A stretch of 63,317 nucleotides of DNA, counting the filler, from Octopus bimaculoides (lineage: Eukaryota): NCBI RefSeq assembly GCF_001194135.2. It is 6 parts of 6 records of this genome, joined end to end, with 100 filler letters (N's around TTAATTAATTAA, not from the genome) between each part and the next. Parts side by side here need not be neighbours in the genome. Positions count along the whole stretch, not along the records: positions 62,291 to 63,317 come from NW_026309445.1; 5 more parts are not named here. One strand, written 5' to 3'. This document shows positions 62,191 to 63,317 of this stretch, piece after piece. The stretch's first letter is position 1. Each line of letters opens with the position of its first letter. The position numbers were made by a program, and so were the translations under genes. The notes under the pieces are model-generated. The model searched no databases. It was not told the origin of the DNA and was given only the letters and a program-made list of their open reading frames with translations.

Positions 62191-62290
62191 NNNNNNNNNN
62201 NNNNNNNNNNNNNNNNNNNNNNNNNNNNNNNNNNTTAATTAATTAANNNNNNNNNNNNNNNNNNNNNNNNNNNNNNNNNNNNNNNNNNNN
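62191..62290. other. Artificial 100-bp spacer
   Basis: TTAATTAATTAA at 62235-62246 between N44 runs. Confidence 0.95.
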
Positions 62291-63317
62291 ATGTATATAA
62301 AACTAACTTTAAAAATGTATATGTGCGTGTATTATATGTTTATATATGATTCTCTATGCATTTATGCATGTTTATGTTTAAGTTTCAGAAGATATTAGAA
62401 TAATGGACTAAATGTCAGTCATAATAAGAGATCTCCCATTTTTCTGAATGTTATGAGGTAACAAATTACCATTTGGTCGGGCATACATCGATAGTAATTC
62501 CGAGAAACAATCGACAAATTAAAATAAACTATTGGTTTTCAAACATTTCAGTGGTTGGAATGGATTTGAGAATATTTCTCAAACTAAAACACAACAAACC
62601 AACCAAGCAACGATGGAGGGTGCGGAAGGTACTTCTATGGCTGGAAATAGCAGCCAAATCTCGAATGTGTAACAAACATTTTTCTTTCATAGTTAGAAAT
62701 AGCAGCCAAATCCCGCACAAATGAAGGACATCTCTCATTCATAAATCATAGAAAAGACAAAGAATCGAGGCGCCAAAAACCGAAAGTCTATAGAATTGAA
62801 AACATTGGATATTTTCATTGTTTAATATTTACGGAAATGTTTCATAAAGGATAATGTTGTTATATATGTGTGTGGTAGAACGTATTTTAAGTATTATAAA
62901 TGTATTATTATCAGCTGATCAAGAGAAATTCATGCAGAGGACATCAACATCAATTAGGAAGCACGTTGAATGCGCATGCGTATCTCCTGTCCTGAAATAT
63001 TTCAAGCAGCAAAGTCTAATTATCTCCCTTGATGTCTTAGTATGTTACTGTGGATCTCCGTCCCGTAGAAAGGGAGAACAAGTAAGCACGTTACTAGGAG
63101 AGGTTGGGAAGATGAAAGAGTGGTGGGGGTGAAGTGTAATGAAGGAGAGAAAGAGGAGACGCTAAGCTGATAGAAATTACGAGAAGTTTAATGGGTATGA
63201 GTTAAGGTATTTGTGAATCTGATAGGAGGAATGAACGGGTAGAAGAAAAGTGACATTTGAAAAATTAGCAATTAGCGATGGCGAAACGAAAAGTTAAAAA
63301 AATGAAAAGTGGAAAAA

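Larger units (their letters stand above)
1..63317. repeat. Window-wide compound microsatellites: (AC)n, (AT)n, (AG)n, (TACA)n, (TAGA)n, (GAT)n, (AAT)n, (TAG)n
   Basis: Examples are 1390-1660, 2400-2760, 3940-4060, 8650-8985, 14773-14837, 27700-27790, 51230-51310. Most N-gaps are flanked by (AT)n or (AG)n. Confidence 0.98.

Noticed and set aside
1111-63132. Most ORF-track entries (poly-CV, HT, YI, MYVC, LS, X)
   Set aside because: They are translations of microsatellites and N-gaps, not genes.
1-63317. CRISPR arrays, genuine tRNA genes, protocadherin or C2H2 zinc-finger exons
   Set aside because: No repeat-spacer array was seen. tRNA-like heads lack complete cloverleafs and continue into SINE bodies. 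No cadherin or C2H2 motif appears in any frame examined.

Overview
Eukaryotic, AT-rich, repeat-dominated DNA with more than a dozen long N-gaps. The SINE families and the microsatellite load look like an Octopus-type cephalopod genome (recognition by inference, no database search). No host protein-coding gene can be supported: most ORF-track entries are translations of (AC)n/(AT)n/(TACA)n/(GAT)n tracts or N-runs. Supportable content: (i) five or more SINE-like families in dozens of copies; (ii) several Penelope-like element (PLE) relics with GIY-YIG domains and PLE-type minimal hammerhead ribozyme motifs, one with a perfect catalytic core (47399-47441); (iii) a 5S rRNA-headed retroposon sharing its 3' tail with a tRNA-type SINE (19615-19794); (iv) relics of RTE and CR1/Jockey-type LINEs, a DD37D (maT-type) Tc1/mariner derivative and a hAT MITE; (v) three 130-160 bp foldback elements. 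Five identical N44-TTAATTAATTAA-N44 spacers are artificial joins, so adjacency across them is not biological evidence. Coordinates of repeat ends are read by eye and approximate unless a motif is quoted.
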